From positions 1-35,528 of the forward strand of contig JAYGFR010000146.1 of the NCBI GenBank assembly GCA_046581755.1: a DNA stretch of 35,528 nucleotides, given 5' to 3'. A program made the translations under genes and the position numbers. The notes below the pieces were generated by a model that saw only the letters and a program-made list of their open reading frames with translations, was not told the origin of the DNA and did no database searches. Below are positions 25,947-35,396 of this stretch, one piece after another. Source of the stretch: Nitrospinota bacterium. Its GTDB lineage: Bacteria > UBA8248. The stretch's first letter is position 1. Each line of letters begins with the position of its first letter.

Positions 25947-26909
25947 ATGGCCCAAAGGCGCGTCAAGCTCGGCGTTCTCCTCCCGACGCGGGGGGTGCTT
26001 TTGTGGAATAAAGGGGCCCCGGGGCTGGGGCCGGTCGCCGATCTGGCCGTCCGCGCCGAAGAGTTGGAGTACGACTCGGTTTTCGTGGGTGATTCGATCC
26101 TCGCCAAACCGAGGCTCGAGGCGCTTTCGGTCCTCTCCGCCCTGGCCGCCAGGACCGAATTCGTCAAGCTGGGCACGGCGGTTTTTTTGCCATGCCTCCG
26201 GCATCCCGTGTTCCTGGCCTATCAACTGGCCACGCTCGATGTCATCAGCGGCGGAAGAGTCATCCTCGGGGTGGGCATCGGGCCGCCCAAGCCCATAGAT
26301 TGCGAACACGAGTTCGAGACCATGGGTGTGCCGTTCCGCAAGCGCATGTTTTACATGCAAGAGCACATGACCCTCATGCGCCGCCTCTGGAGTGAGGATA
26401 ACGTCACCTTCGAGGGAAAATACTACCGGTGCGAAAACGTTACCGTCCTGCCCAAGCCGATCCAGCGCCCCATCCCCATGTGGATCGCATCGGCCATCGT
26501 CGATACGGCCTGGAGGCGTGTCGCCCGCTTTGGAGACGGCTGGTTTCCGAACCGCGTTACGCCCGGGGAATTCAAGGAGACCTGGGAGAAGATCAAGGAC
26601 GAGGCGGCGGCCCAGGGCCGCGATCCCGGAGTTCCCGCCTGGTACATGACCACCTGCCTGGACGACAACAAGGAAAAGGCCATGAAAAACGGCGAAGAGT
26701 TCCTTCTCTCCTACTACTTCACCCCCTTCTGGGGGGACAGCATCGAGGAGTGGGGCACCTACGGGCCGGCCGGTGATTTGATCGAGCGGATCAACGCTTT
26801 TATCGATGCGGGGGCTGAGCACATCTCGCTCCGCTTCACCCATAAGGATCAGCTGGGCCAGCTCGAGCGCTTTACGAAAGAGGTGCTGCCCCACCTGAAT
26901 CTGAATTAG
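25947..26909 (+). CDS. LLM-class oxidoreductase 3 (paralog of LLM 2)
   Basis: Start at ATG 25947. LLPTRG, DSVFVGDSILAKPRLE, LDVISGGR, PKPIQRPIP and GDGW motifs. Confidence 0.88.
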   Translation: MAQRRVKLGVLLPTRGVLLWNKGAPGLGPVADLAVRAEELEYDSVFVGDSILAKPRLEALSVLSALAARTEFVKLGTAVFLPCLRHPVFLAYQLATLDVISGGRVILGVGIGPPKPIDCEHEFETMGVPFRKRMFYMQEHMTLMRRLWSEDNVTFEGKYYRCENVTVLPKPIQRPIPMWIASAIVDTAWRRVARFGDGWFPNRVTPGEFKETWEKIKDEAAAQGRDPGVPAWYMTTCLDDNKEKAMKNGEEFLLSYYFTPFWGDSIEEWGTYGPAGDLIERINAFIDAGAEHISLRFTHKDQLGQLERFTKEVLPHLNLN

Positions 26910-26951
26910 CCGGGCAACAAAGAGCGGTCGCTCCGCTCCCCGGAGCTCCCC

Positions 26952-28292
26952 TCAAATCTCCGCTTCATCCTCACCCGGAATCCGCAGGGACCGGAATTTT
27001 CCTTCCAGAGCGCCCACCGGCACGGTGGCGTCCATCCCCATTTTGGCGGTGACGCCATCCTCGGCGGAGGGATCGAGCCGGCTGCCCCAGGCGCCCGGGA
27101 CGACGAATAGATCCTTGTCGGCCTGAAAGCGGGTGGCGAGGGCCCAGTCCACCTGGGCCGGATCGTGGATGTCGATGTCATGATCGACGGCGATGGCGTG
27201 TTTCACATCGTAATGGGCGGCGAGGGCGGCCATGAGCGCGCTTTTGGCCTCGCCCTCGTTTTGCTTTTGGAGCTGGATGACGCAGTGGTAGCGCCCAGCG
27301 CCCGAAAGGGGGAGGACAGCGTCCCGCACCGATGGCACGGCCCTCTGGAGGTCGCGCAAAAGGCCTGCTTCGCGCGGTATGGCGCCCATCAGCAGATGGT
27401 CGAAGCCCGCCGGCAGGATGGAGTGGAAAACGGCGCCGCTGCGGTGGGCGACGGATCGAACCTGAAAGATCTCCCGCTCGGCGGCGGGGCTGTAGTAGCG
27501 GGGAAACTCCCCGAACGGCCCCTCGCGGCGGCTTTCGTCCGGGGGGATCTCCCCCTCGATGATAATCTCGGCACCGGCGGGGACAGGGATTCCCGACCAG
27601 GGGGCGGGGGCCACCTCAACGGCCCTGCCGAGGAGGCCGCCGGCGGCGCACAGCTCGTCCTCGCCCGGAGAGAGGACAAGCTGGCTTGCCAGGAGGAGAA
27701 GCGGATCGAGTCCGATGGCCACGGCGGCCTTGAGCGGTTCGCCACGCGCGCCCGCCCTTCGAATCATTCCCTTGAGGTGCCTCGGTAGCACCAGGAGCCC
27801 GAACAGATCGCTCTCCAGGCAGTGCATTCGGTGGATCGAGACATTGCCCGTGCCGGTGTCCGGATCCTGGACGAAGAAAACCCCCGCCGAAATGTAAGCT
27901 CCCCCGTCAAGCTCGTGATAGGTGGGAAGCGGAAGGATTTTCCGGACATCGATGTTTTTGGAAACGACATTTTCCAAAAACGGAGCGTCCAGAGATGCTG
28001 CGGGAGAGATACGGATGTCCTGACGATCCTGAAGCGCTGCCAGCAGTTCGCCCGGCGGCACGCCGAGGGAGTCCGCGTACCATTCCCTGCGGCAGGCGAC
28101 GTTGGCGGCGATGGGCATGGCGGGGCCGTCGGTGGATTCGAACAATAGGGCGGATTCGCCGTCGTATTTCTTGGATATCGCTGCCAGCTCGTACACCAGG
28201 CGCACTTCTCGCCCGACGCGCCTTAGGCGGCCGCTGGCTTCCAGGGCTTCGATCCAGGCCCGCAGGCCGGAAGGCGGGTTCATGGTTGGCAT
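26952..28292 (-). CDS. UbiD-family prFMN-dependent (de)carboxylase 2
   Basis: GGAGG SD. DGGAYIS, SIHR, EIIIEG, EGPFGEFPRYY, AVDHDIDI, WALATR and KMGMDAT motifs. Confidence 0.92.
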   Translation of the reverse strand: MPTMNPPSGLRAWIEALEASGRLRRVGREVRLVYELAAISKKYDGESALLFESTDGPAMPIAANVACRREWYADSLGVPPGELLAALQDRQDIRISPAASLDAPFLENVVSKNIDVRKILPLPTYHELDGGAYISAGVFFVQDPDTGTGNVSIHRMHCLESDLFGLLVLPRHLKGMIRRAGARGEPLKAAVAIGLDPLLLLASQLVLSPGEDELCAAGGLLGRAVEVAPAPWSGIPVPAGAEIIIEGEIPPDESRREGPFGEFPRYYSPAAEREIFQVRSVAHRSGAVFHSILPAGFDHLLMGAIPREAGLLRDLQRAVPSVRDAVLPLSGAGRYHCVIQLQKQNEGEAKSALMAALAAHYDVKHAIAVDHDIDIHDPAQVDWALATRFQADKDLFVVPGAWGSRLDPSAEDGVTAKMGMDATVPVGALEGKFRSLRIPGEDEAEI

Positions 28293-28630
28293 GATCCTCC
28301 AAAGGGTTTGATGGACCCGAAATAATTTTCGACCTTTGGGTCCCGCATCCCGTTTTATTTCAGATTCGGGGCCCTTGCTACCCGGTGGAGAGGAACGGAT
28401 TCCCCTGCCGGATTTCCCCGTTTATGAAACATTTGAGATACCTGGAAATCATAGTAACGAAAAAATGAGTCCTATGCTCCGCAAAAATTGGATCCCCAGT
28501 AAAATGAATGAATTGTCGAGGTCGATGGATCGAATCTCGCCGTGGCATGAGGCGTGTCATGGACATAATCAGAACGATTTGTCAGGTGCGAACAGATGTC
28601 ATTTCAATCATTTCTCGTTTTCACCCCTCG

Positions 28631-28990
28631 CGTTCCGACCTGGTGGCTGAAAATATCTTTCTCGGAAAGCGGCTCGCCATGTATTAGGAGCGAGGCAAGA
28701 AACCAGGTCGTGTCGATTCCGCTAAGAAGCTCACTCTGCTTGTCCTCTCCAAGATTTTTAATTGGAAAGACTCATTGGTGGTCATTCAGCCTAAGACTCT
28801 CGTTCGGTGGCATCGTGAAGGCTTTAGACTGTTATGGCGCTGGAAGTCGAGAAAAGGCTGGCCCCAAATCTCTGAAGACCTCAGAAAAATTATCCGGCAG
28901 ATAGCCCGGAAAAACCTTTTGTGGGGAGAGGAGCGAATCGCGAACGACCTCCTCCTTAAATTAGACATAAAAATCTCGCTCGATTTGTTC
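28631..28990 (+). pseudogene. Decayed N-terminal fragment of an integrase-core (IS3/IS481-like) transposase
   Basis: One frame reads RSDLVAENIFLGKRLAMY*ERGKKP...VIQPKTLVRWHREGFRLLWRWKSR.G.P.I...WGEERIANDLLLKLDIKIS. There is an internal TAG at 28685-28687 and no DDE domain. The region is AT-rich. Confidence 0.75.
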
Positions 28991-29157
28991 AGAAATACAT
29001 ACCGAAAAGCATCTTACCCAAATTTTCGAACGATTCTAAATGTATTGATTTCGCAAATTACTGCCTGGCCATTTCTCTGAGACTAGGACTTTACGGACGA
29101 TGCCTGGTTGGTGGTTTTAGATTCGGATGAGTTTTGGACAGAACGAGCACGCAGCAT

Positions 29158-31197
29158 CTAAAGCGGCGGATGCGCATAAGGGGAGCGCACCGGCCGGATT
29201 TGGATCGGGTCTCCGTCGCTTAACGATAGTATACTCATTCCGATGGGTCCGATCGGCGTCTCATCCCCCGCGATTTTATCCGAAATTTTGACCCATGCTC
29301 GAAGCGGGGCGGCCCTTTGAGGAATGTACTCGATGAGCTGCCCGTCCCTAAAACCGAAGCGCCTGGCAGTCTCCCCGGAAATCCGGCACAGCCGCCGCAC
29401 CCCGGCATATTCGTCATCGGCGGTGGGGCGGGTTTTCATGTACACCCGTGCGTCTTTTATCCGGCTCCGTTCGGAGGCGGTGCTTTTTTCGTCGATCTTC
29501 CCGTCCGATAATACGACGCCATACTCACTGGCGGCTTCATCCCCGGCAATGTAGCCTAGGCGGACATCCTCCAAAACCGCGTCCGGGTCCCTCGCCAGCG
29601 GGTCGCCCAGCCCGCCGCCGCCCGCGGATCGGAGCACCACGACATCGCCCCGAAGAAGCTCGAACGCCGTGGCTTTGCCCGGCACATCCGACAGTTCCAC
29701 CTTCTTCCCATCCCGGATAACAATGAACCGGTTGCCCTTGCTCGCCCCTCCGGTTTCGACTCCATAGGGAGGAATCATGACGCGATCCGTGAGGACGGTG
29801 AGGGCCGCTCCCTCCGCCTCCACGCGAATTCGCCGCTCCAGTCCGAGGCCGCCGCGCCAGCGGCCGTGGCCACATGAGCCCGGGCGGAGGTCGCTTCTTT
29901 CGAACAGGACCGGCAGCGTGCCCTCCAGGCTCTCCACCGGCTGGATAGAGTTGAAGTCTCCCTCGGTGTAGGTGCGGAGAAAATGGTCCCCGTCGCTTCC
30001 CTCGACCGCGCCCGTGCCGCCGGCGGGGTACTCGTAATAGAGGAACGCCTCTCCCGATCCCGGATGGCGGCCCGAGATGTAGCAATGATTCGCGCACCCC
30101 TTGGTGTCACCCGCGGAAAAACCCGGAATGGCCTGGATCGCCGCCCCCAGCACGGTGGCCTCGACAGTTCGCCTCAGATCCGACGCCCCGCCAAAGGGTG
30201 CGGGGAACTGGGCGTTCAGGATACTGCCCTCCGGGGCCGCGACCGAAAGAGGGCGAAAGCAGCCCGCATTCACGCTCGCGCCCGGGTCCAGTGCGGATTT
30301 CAGGACCATGAAGCAAGAGGTGGCCGCCGTGGCCGGGCCCGCGTTCATCGGGCCATTCACCTGATCCGAGGTTCCGGAAAAATCGCAGTGGACCCGGTCA
30401 CCCGCCACTTCGAGGCGGAGAGAGATGCGAAGGGGTTCCGTACCGGTCCCGCTATTGTCCGTGTAGTTTTCATAATAGTAATTTCCGTCCGGAACCTTCT
30501 CGATGGATTGGCGGATGCGCCTTTCGGAGCGGCCGAGTAGGATTTCAGACGCGGCCTGGACGGTATCCGCCCCGTACCGGTTCTCGAAATCCGTGATGTG
30601 GCGGGTGGCCAACCGGCAGGTGCCCAGCATGGCCATCAGGTCTCCATGCCGATCGCGGCGGCCGCGCATGTTGGCGAGGATAATTTCAAGGCATTCCTTG
30701 TTCAACTCCCCGCGAGAATAGAGGCGCAAAGGCGGAATAATGGTCCCTTCCATGAAAATGTGGGAAGAGTCACCCGACAGGCTCCCCGCGACCGAGCCGC
30801 CGACATCCCCCCAGTGGGCCCGGATGGTGGGAAAAATTAGCCCGCTGTCGTCCTGAAAGCGCGGACAAAATATCGCGACGTCGTTCATGTGGGTTCCGCA
30901 GATATAGGGGTCGTTCAGGATAAATATATCGTCCGGATGAATGTCACCGGCGTAGCGCGAGAAAATCTCCCTGGCCGCGTAGGAGAGGGGGAAAATATGG
31001 CCGGGATTGTCCTCGGACAGGGCGATGAGTTCCCCTTCGGCCGAAAGCAAGGCGCAAGAAAAATCGTGGCCCTCGTTGATGATGGACGAGAAGGCGCTCC
31101 GGGAGAATGTCACCCGCATTTCGCGGACCACGGAGACGAGCAGTTCCTCGAGAACCGACACCGTCACCGGGTCCACCGCTTCGAGCGGCTGTGGCAA
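29158..31197 (-). CDS. hyuB: Hydantoinase B/5-oxoprolinase subunit with C-terminal extension
   Basis: DPVT, AFSSIINEGHDFS, NDPY..GTHMND, HWGDVGG, DFSGT, GGTGA and AGGGGLGDPLARD motifs. Confidence 0.9.
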   Translation of the reverse strand: MPQPLEAVDPVTVSVLEELLVSVVREMRVTFSRSAFSSIINEGHDFSCALLSAEGELIALSEDNPGHIFPLSYAAREIFSRYAGDIHPDDIFILNDPYICGTHMNDVAIFCPRFQDDSGLIFPTIRAHWGDVGGSVAGSLSGDSSHIFMEGTIIPPLRLYSRGELNKECLEIILANMRGRRDRHGDLMAMLGTCRLATRHITDFENRYGADTVQAASEILLGRSERRIRQSIEKVPDGNYYYENYTDNSGTGTEPLRISLRLEVAGDRVHCDFSGTSDQVNGPMNAGPATAATSCFMVLKSALDPGASVNAGCFRPLSVAAPEGSILNAQFPAPFGGASDLRRTVEATVLGAAIQAIPGFSAGDTKGCANHCYISGRHPGSGEAFLYYEYPAGGTGAVEGSDGDHFLRTYTEGDFNSIQPVESLEGTLPVLFERSDLRPGSCGHGRWRGGLGLERRIRVEAEGAALTVLTDRVMIPPYGVETGGASKGNRFIVIRDGKKVELSDVPGKATAFELLRGDVVVLRSAGGGGLGDPLARDPDAVLEDVRLGYIAGDEAASEYGVVLSDGKIDEKSTASERSRIKDARVYMKTRPTADDEYAGVRRLCRISGETARRFGFRDGQLIEYIPQRAAPLRAWVKISDKIAGDETPIGPIGMSILSLSDGDPIQIRPVRSPYAHPPL

Positions 31198-31228
31198 CTT
31201 CCCTTCTCCTCGATGGGCGGGGCTTCGG

Positions 31229-33292
31229 CTAGGCTCCCGCTGGAGAAACCTCTTTGGGACGAAGAAGAATGTGGCCGCTCGGATGAACGCGGCCGGCCCA
31301 CCCGGGAGGAATCACCGTCGTGGCGCCGCTCTCCTCCACCAGGGAGGGCCCTTCCAGGACCGAATCCGCCGCCAGCCGGGTCCGGTCCCAAACGCGCGTC
31401 TCTTGCCATCTCCCTCCGAACCAGGTTTGCCGGGAATCCGGCGCGGCTGAGCCGACCGGCGGACCGGGATGCCATATCTCCGGAGGCAGCTCCTGAACCT
31501 GTCCCTCGCCTATCGCGCGCAGGGTAATGATCTCGAACTCGATTTCCGGCTCAGGCGGGCGTCCGTATCTCCCGCCGTAGGCTTCCCGGAACGCAGTCTG
31601 GATGAGCGGAAGACCGATGGCGCTCCGGTCCTCTCCCAAGGGAACGGATATTTCGTGTGCCTGTCCCCGGCAGCGCATGTCGAGAAAATAGGAAACAGAA
31701 ATGGTCTCGGGAAGCGCATTTTGCCCGATCAGGCGCTCCCGGGCCTCATCCCCTATCCCTCCGAGACTGTCCAGGAGATCGTCCGTATCCAGGCTGGAGG
31801 AGCGCGCGAGGTAGGTCGCCGTGATGTCCTGGCGGACGTTCGCCGCCACCAGGCCAAGAGCGGAGAAGTTCCCCGGGTGGTTGGGGACGATCACGGTTTC
31901 GATTCCGATCCCCTCGGCGATGAAGGCGGCGTGCATGGGCCCGGCTCCGCCAAAGGCAACGAGGGAAAAATCGCGTGGGTCGTGGCCCCGCTCCAGGGAA
32001 ATCTCGCGGATAGCCCGAATGGTCCTGGCGACCAGGATGCTAATGGCACCCTCGGCGGCCTCGAGCCCCGAGGCAAAGCCCTGTTTTTCCTGAACGGCGG
32101 CGAAGGATTGCAAAGCCCGCCCGGCATCGACGCGGATGATCCCGCCCAGGACGGCGGTGTCTCTAATCCGGTTCATCACGACGTTGGCATCGGTGATGGT
32201 GGGCTCCTTGCCCCCGTTGCCGTAACAGGCAGGGCCGGGCGAGGAACCCGCGCTTCTGGGCCCCACCCGGAAGGCGCCGTCAACGTCGGTCCAGATAATG
32301 CTCCCCGCTCCCGCTCCGACGGTGTTGATCTCCATCTGCGCCGCGCGGATCGGGATGCCGGCCAGGACGGTTTCGTTCGCAAAGGCCGGGTGGTTTCCGG
32401 GCAACAGAGCAACGTCGGCACTGGTTCCGCCCATGTCGCAGGTGATCAGGTTGCCGATACCCAATTCATTTCCGGCGGCGCGTGCAACGGTTACACCCCC
32501 CGCCGGGCCCGAAAGGATAGTCCGGACCGGAAAAGCGCGCGCGGTTTCGATGTTCATCACCCCGCCTGCGGAACCCATGATATACACCGCGTCCTCGCTC
32601 AATCCCGGGATGGGATTTCCCTGGAAGCTGCCGAGATAGCTGCCGATGGGGGGTCCGACGTACCCGTTCACCGCCGCCGTCGAGAAGCGCTCGAACTCGC
32701 GGTACTGGGGATTTACCTGGCTCGAAAGGGAGAGAAAAACACCGGGGCCCAGGACCTCACGCAAGATTTCGGCTGCGGTCTCTTCGTGGGCGGGGTTGGC
32801 GTAAGAATGAAGAAAGCAGACGGCGACGGCTTCGACGTTTTGGCGTTTCAACTCCTCCGCCGCCCTCGCCACATCTTCTCTCGAAAGGGGCGCCGCGACA
32901 TCTCCGTTATAGCGAATGCGCTCGGTGACCTCGAACCTCCGGTCGCGGGGAATGAGAGGTTTCGGCCGGCGGAACCGGATGTCGAACATTCCGCCCTGGG
33001 CGAGGCGGCGGCCCCGGCCTACCTCCAGCGTGTCCCGAAACCCGCGGGTGGTCAGCATGCCCGTCACCGCACCCCGGCGCTCGAGTAGGGCGTTGGTGGC
33101 AACGGTGGTGCCGTTCACGAGCCGCCCCACGCCCTCCTCGTCCAAGCGGAGTTCCTTCACTCCCTGGAGAATGGCCTTTACCGGGTCATCCCGGACGGTG
33201 GGGATTTTCGCCGTCCGCACCTCGGTGCCCGCGCCGTTGACCGCTACCAGGTCGGTAAAGGTTCCCCCCACATCGACACCCAAGGTGAACAA
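31229..33292 (-). CDS. hyuA: Hydantoinase A/5-oxoprolinase ATP-binding subunit
   Basis: GVDVGGTFTD, GTTVATNALLER, SGPAGG, DMGGTSAD, GPRSAGSSPGPACYG and FGGAGPMHA motifs. TTG 33292 with a GGGAGG SD is preferred over ATG 33316. Confidence 0.92.
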   Translation of the reverse strand: MFTLGVDVGGTFTDLVAVNGAGTEVRTAKIPTVRDDPVKAILQGVKELRLDEEGVGRLVNGTTVATNALLERRGAVTGMLTTRGFRDTLEVGRGRRLAQGGMFDIRFRRPKPLIPRDRRFEVTERIRYNGDVAAPLSREDVARAAEELKRQNVEAVAVCFLHSYANPAHEETAAEILREVLGPGVFLSLSSQVNPQYREFERFSTAAVNGYVGPPIGSYLGSFQGNPIPGLSEDAVYIMGSAGGVMNIETARAFPVRTILSGPAGGVTVARAAGNELGIGNLITCDMGGTSADVALLPGNHPAFANETVLAGIPIRAAQMEINTVGAGAGSIIWTDVDGAFRVGPRSAGSSPGPACYGNGGKEPTITDANVVMNRIRDTAVLGGIIRVDAGRALQSFAAVQEKQGFASGLEAAEGAISILVARTIRAIREISLERGHDPRDFSLVAFGGAGPMHAAFIAEGIGIETVIVPNHPGNFSALGLVAANVRQDITATYLARSSSLDTDDLLDSLGGIGDEARERLIGQNALPETISVSYFLDMRCRGQAHEISVPLGEDRSAIGLPLIQTAFREAYGGRYGRPPEPEIEFEIITLRAIGEGQVQELPPEIWHPGPPVGSAAPDSRQTWFGGRWQETRVWDRTRLAADSVLEGPSLVEESGATTVIPPGWAGRVHPSGHILLRPKEVSPAGA

Positions 33293-33474
33293 AGGATTCC
33301 GCCTCCCATGGCCCATGTTTTGGGGCAGGTATCCGCAGGGGTTCCATCAGCGGAGCAGCACAAGGCAAAAGATGAATTTCCGTGAAGCCAAAGAATAGCA
33401 CGGATTGGCCCTTTCGGGCGGGACGGCAGGCCCGGCCCCCGCGGGCGGGTGCGGCGCCGGTTTCAGCATCTGCT

Positions 33475-33502
33475 TTGGCGTCGGCAAGGAAAGTGGTATC
33501 GT
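33475..33502 (+). promoter_or_regulatory. Possible sigma70 promoter for the aminotransferase
   Basis: TTGGCG-N16-TATCGT with a TG extended -10 element, about 35 nt upstream of the start codon. Confidence 0.3.
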
Positions 33503-33536
33503 GGGACATCCGAATATAAATGGAGGATAGGACCGA

Positions 33537-34451
33537 ATGAGCGAGCGGGTTGCCTACGTCAAGGGCCAATTTGTCCCCGAAAGGGACGCGAACGTATCCA
33601 TTCTGGACCGGGGGTTTCTCTACGGCGACAGCGTCTATGACGCATCGCGCACCTTCAACGGAGAACCCTGGCACCTGAGAGGCCACATTGACCGGCTCTA
33701 TCTCTCATGCCGCTACGCACGCCTCGATCCCGGGATGAGCGCCGATGAGATGGAGCGTCTCACCCTCGACCTCGTCGAGCGAAACCGCGGGGTCTACGAG
33801 GAGGGCGAGGAGTTTCGGATCAATCACTGGGTGACGCGCGGCGGGGGCACATCATCCGCCGCTAGCCACACCTTCGGCGTCCACACGGTGGTCATCTTTA
33901 CGCTACCCATCGATTACAGCCGCTTCGCCCGCGGGTACCGCGAAGGCGTCCCCTCGGTCGTCACCGGGGTCCGGAGAATCCCGCCCGAATGCATCGAGCC
34001 CAGGGCCAAGGTCGGCAACAAGATGAACCACGTCCAGGCCGAGTTTCAGGCGCGCGAGGCGGGCGCATGGCCGATCATGCTGGATATCCACGGCTTCGTC
34101 GCCGAAGGGTCGAGTTATAATTGTTTCTTTGTGCGGGACGGAAAATTGCTCACCCCCACGGACCGCAACTGCCTCGTGGGCGTGACGCGGACCCACGTCA
34201 TCGACATGGCCAAGGAACTCGGAATTCCCGTCCAGGAAACCAATCTCACGCGCTACGACCTGCTCGTCGCGGACGAAGCCTTCCACACCGGAAACAGCAT
34301 CTGTATCCTCCCCGTGAGCTCCATCGACGGCGTAAAAATGACCCACGGCACCCCCGGCCCCGTCACGAAAAAGCTCATGGACCTGTGGGCCAGCCAGGTC
34401 CAATGCGATTGGGTGAAAAAATCCCTGGATGCCCTGAAAGTCCAGGCCTGA
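33537..34451 (+). CDS. Class IV PLP aminotransferase (IlvE/D-amino-acid aminotransferase family)
   Basis: DRGFLYGDSVYD, HIDRL, VTRG, AKVGN (PLP Lys), EGSSYN, LVGVTR and ADEAF motifs. GGAGG SD. Confidence 0.92.
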   Translation: MSERVAYVKGQFVPERDANVSILDRGFLYGDSVYDASRTFNGEPWHLRGHIDRLYLSCRYARLDPGMSADEMERLTLDLVERNRGVYEEGEEFRINHWVTRGGGTSSAASHTFGVHTVVIFTLPIDYSRFARGYREGVPSVVTGVRRIPPECIEPRAKVGNKMNHVQAEFQAREAGAWPIMLDIHGFVAEGSSYNCFFVRDGKLLTPTDRNCLVGVTRTHVIDMAKELGIPVQETNLTRYDLLVADEAFHTGNSICILPVSSIDGVKMTHGTPGPVTKKLMDLWASQVQCDWVKKSLDALKVQA

Positions 34452-34486
34452 TTTGTTCCCGTTGGATGTGCATGGCGAATTCCTAA

Positions 34487-34678
34487 TTAAGCGGCCATGA
34501 GTGTATGAAACCGACATTTCCCATATGGTTCCTTGAATGGAGGAATTATAGCCTCACATGGCATCTCCATGACAAGATTTTCTTTTGAACACCCGATTCT
34601 CGGCCAAAAGAGCTTCTCCCCACGCTGATATTGGGCGGGATTCGGTGCTTTTTCACTTTTTCTGCGCTTCCTGGACAT
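34487..34678 (-). CDS. Small hypothetical protein
   Basis: GGGGAGAAG SD before ATG 34678. No recognisable domain; AT-rich region. Confidence 0.3.
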   Translation of the reverse strand: MSRKRRKSEKAPNPAQYQRGEKLFWPRIGCSKENLVMEMPCEAIIPPFKEPYGKCRFHTLMAA

Positions 34679-34722
34679 ACTTCTCCCCATAAATGACTAC
34701 TTCTTGCATTACATTCCCTCGG

Positions 34723-34956
34723 TCACGTTGGATGCGCCAATGGTCGAAGTCGCCCGATGAGGCCCAAGATTTGGGCGAACAGCCCTCTTGATACCGCGAC
34801 GGAGATGTTCTGAAACTCGAGGACCGCAACGCGCCGCTGAGAAAAACCTCCCAGCGATTGCGTGTGTCCCACCGAGGGAGCGGACAGAATCAAAAAACCG
34901 GATATCAAGACTGTAGTGGAAAGAGCAAGCAGGATGGGTGCAGTAAATTTTCTCAT
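34723..34956 (-). pseudogene. Probable truncated secreted protein (signal peptide plus the start of a CsgG/TolB-N-like domain)
   Basis: Hydrophobic N-terminus followed by RRVAVLEFQN, then an early stop at 77 aa. Confidence 0.4.
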
Positions 34957-35126
34957 AGAGAAATACTGGCAGAATTGCAGGGAGAATTAAAGGGGGGTGT
35001 TTTCGGGTTTGGGGAATATCCTGAATTCAAGGCTGAAAATAAATTGCGATTTAAAAGGGTAACAGATTTCATCATTTCACCCCTTTACGAGACGGCTGGC
35101 CGCTTTCATCTTCCGCATGGCGGTTT

Positions 35127-35396
35127 CTACCTCACTTCAATTCGAACGACATATGGCGAGAAGGCCCGGAAGATTTCCCGAGAGGTGAGCCTTTTTATCT
35201 TGGCCTTTACCTGAATGGAGAATTTTCGGAAAAGCAGAGCCTGACTGAGTGCGGTTGCCACCGTTGATATTCGGGAAGCGATGCGCACATTTTCCACATC
35301 CCGCCGAATTAAGCCGCCCTGCGCGATACCAATAAGGTTTCCTTTCTCGTCAATGACGGCCCCCCCGCTGTTCCCTTCGTTGATCGGCGCCGTCAT
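35127..35396 (-). pseudogene. C-terminal fragment of a trypsin-like (S1C) serine protease
   Basis: TAPINEGNSGGAVIDEKGNLIGI carries the catalytic Ser. There is an in-frame TAG a few codons upstream, and the catalytic His/Asp region is absent. Confidence 0.65.

Noticed and set aside
28544..28560. Possible sigma54 promoter TGGCATGAGGCGTGT
   Set aside because: The invariant -12 GC is missing, and it points only at a transposase remnant.
28685..28687. In-frame TAG as possible pyrrolysine or recoding
   Set aside because: It lies in a truncated, decayed transposase, and TAG serves as a normal stop for other genes in the window.
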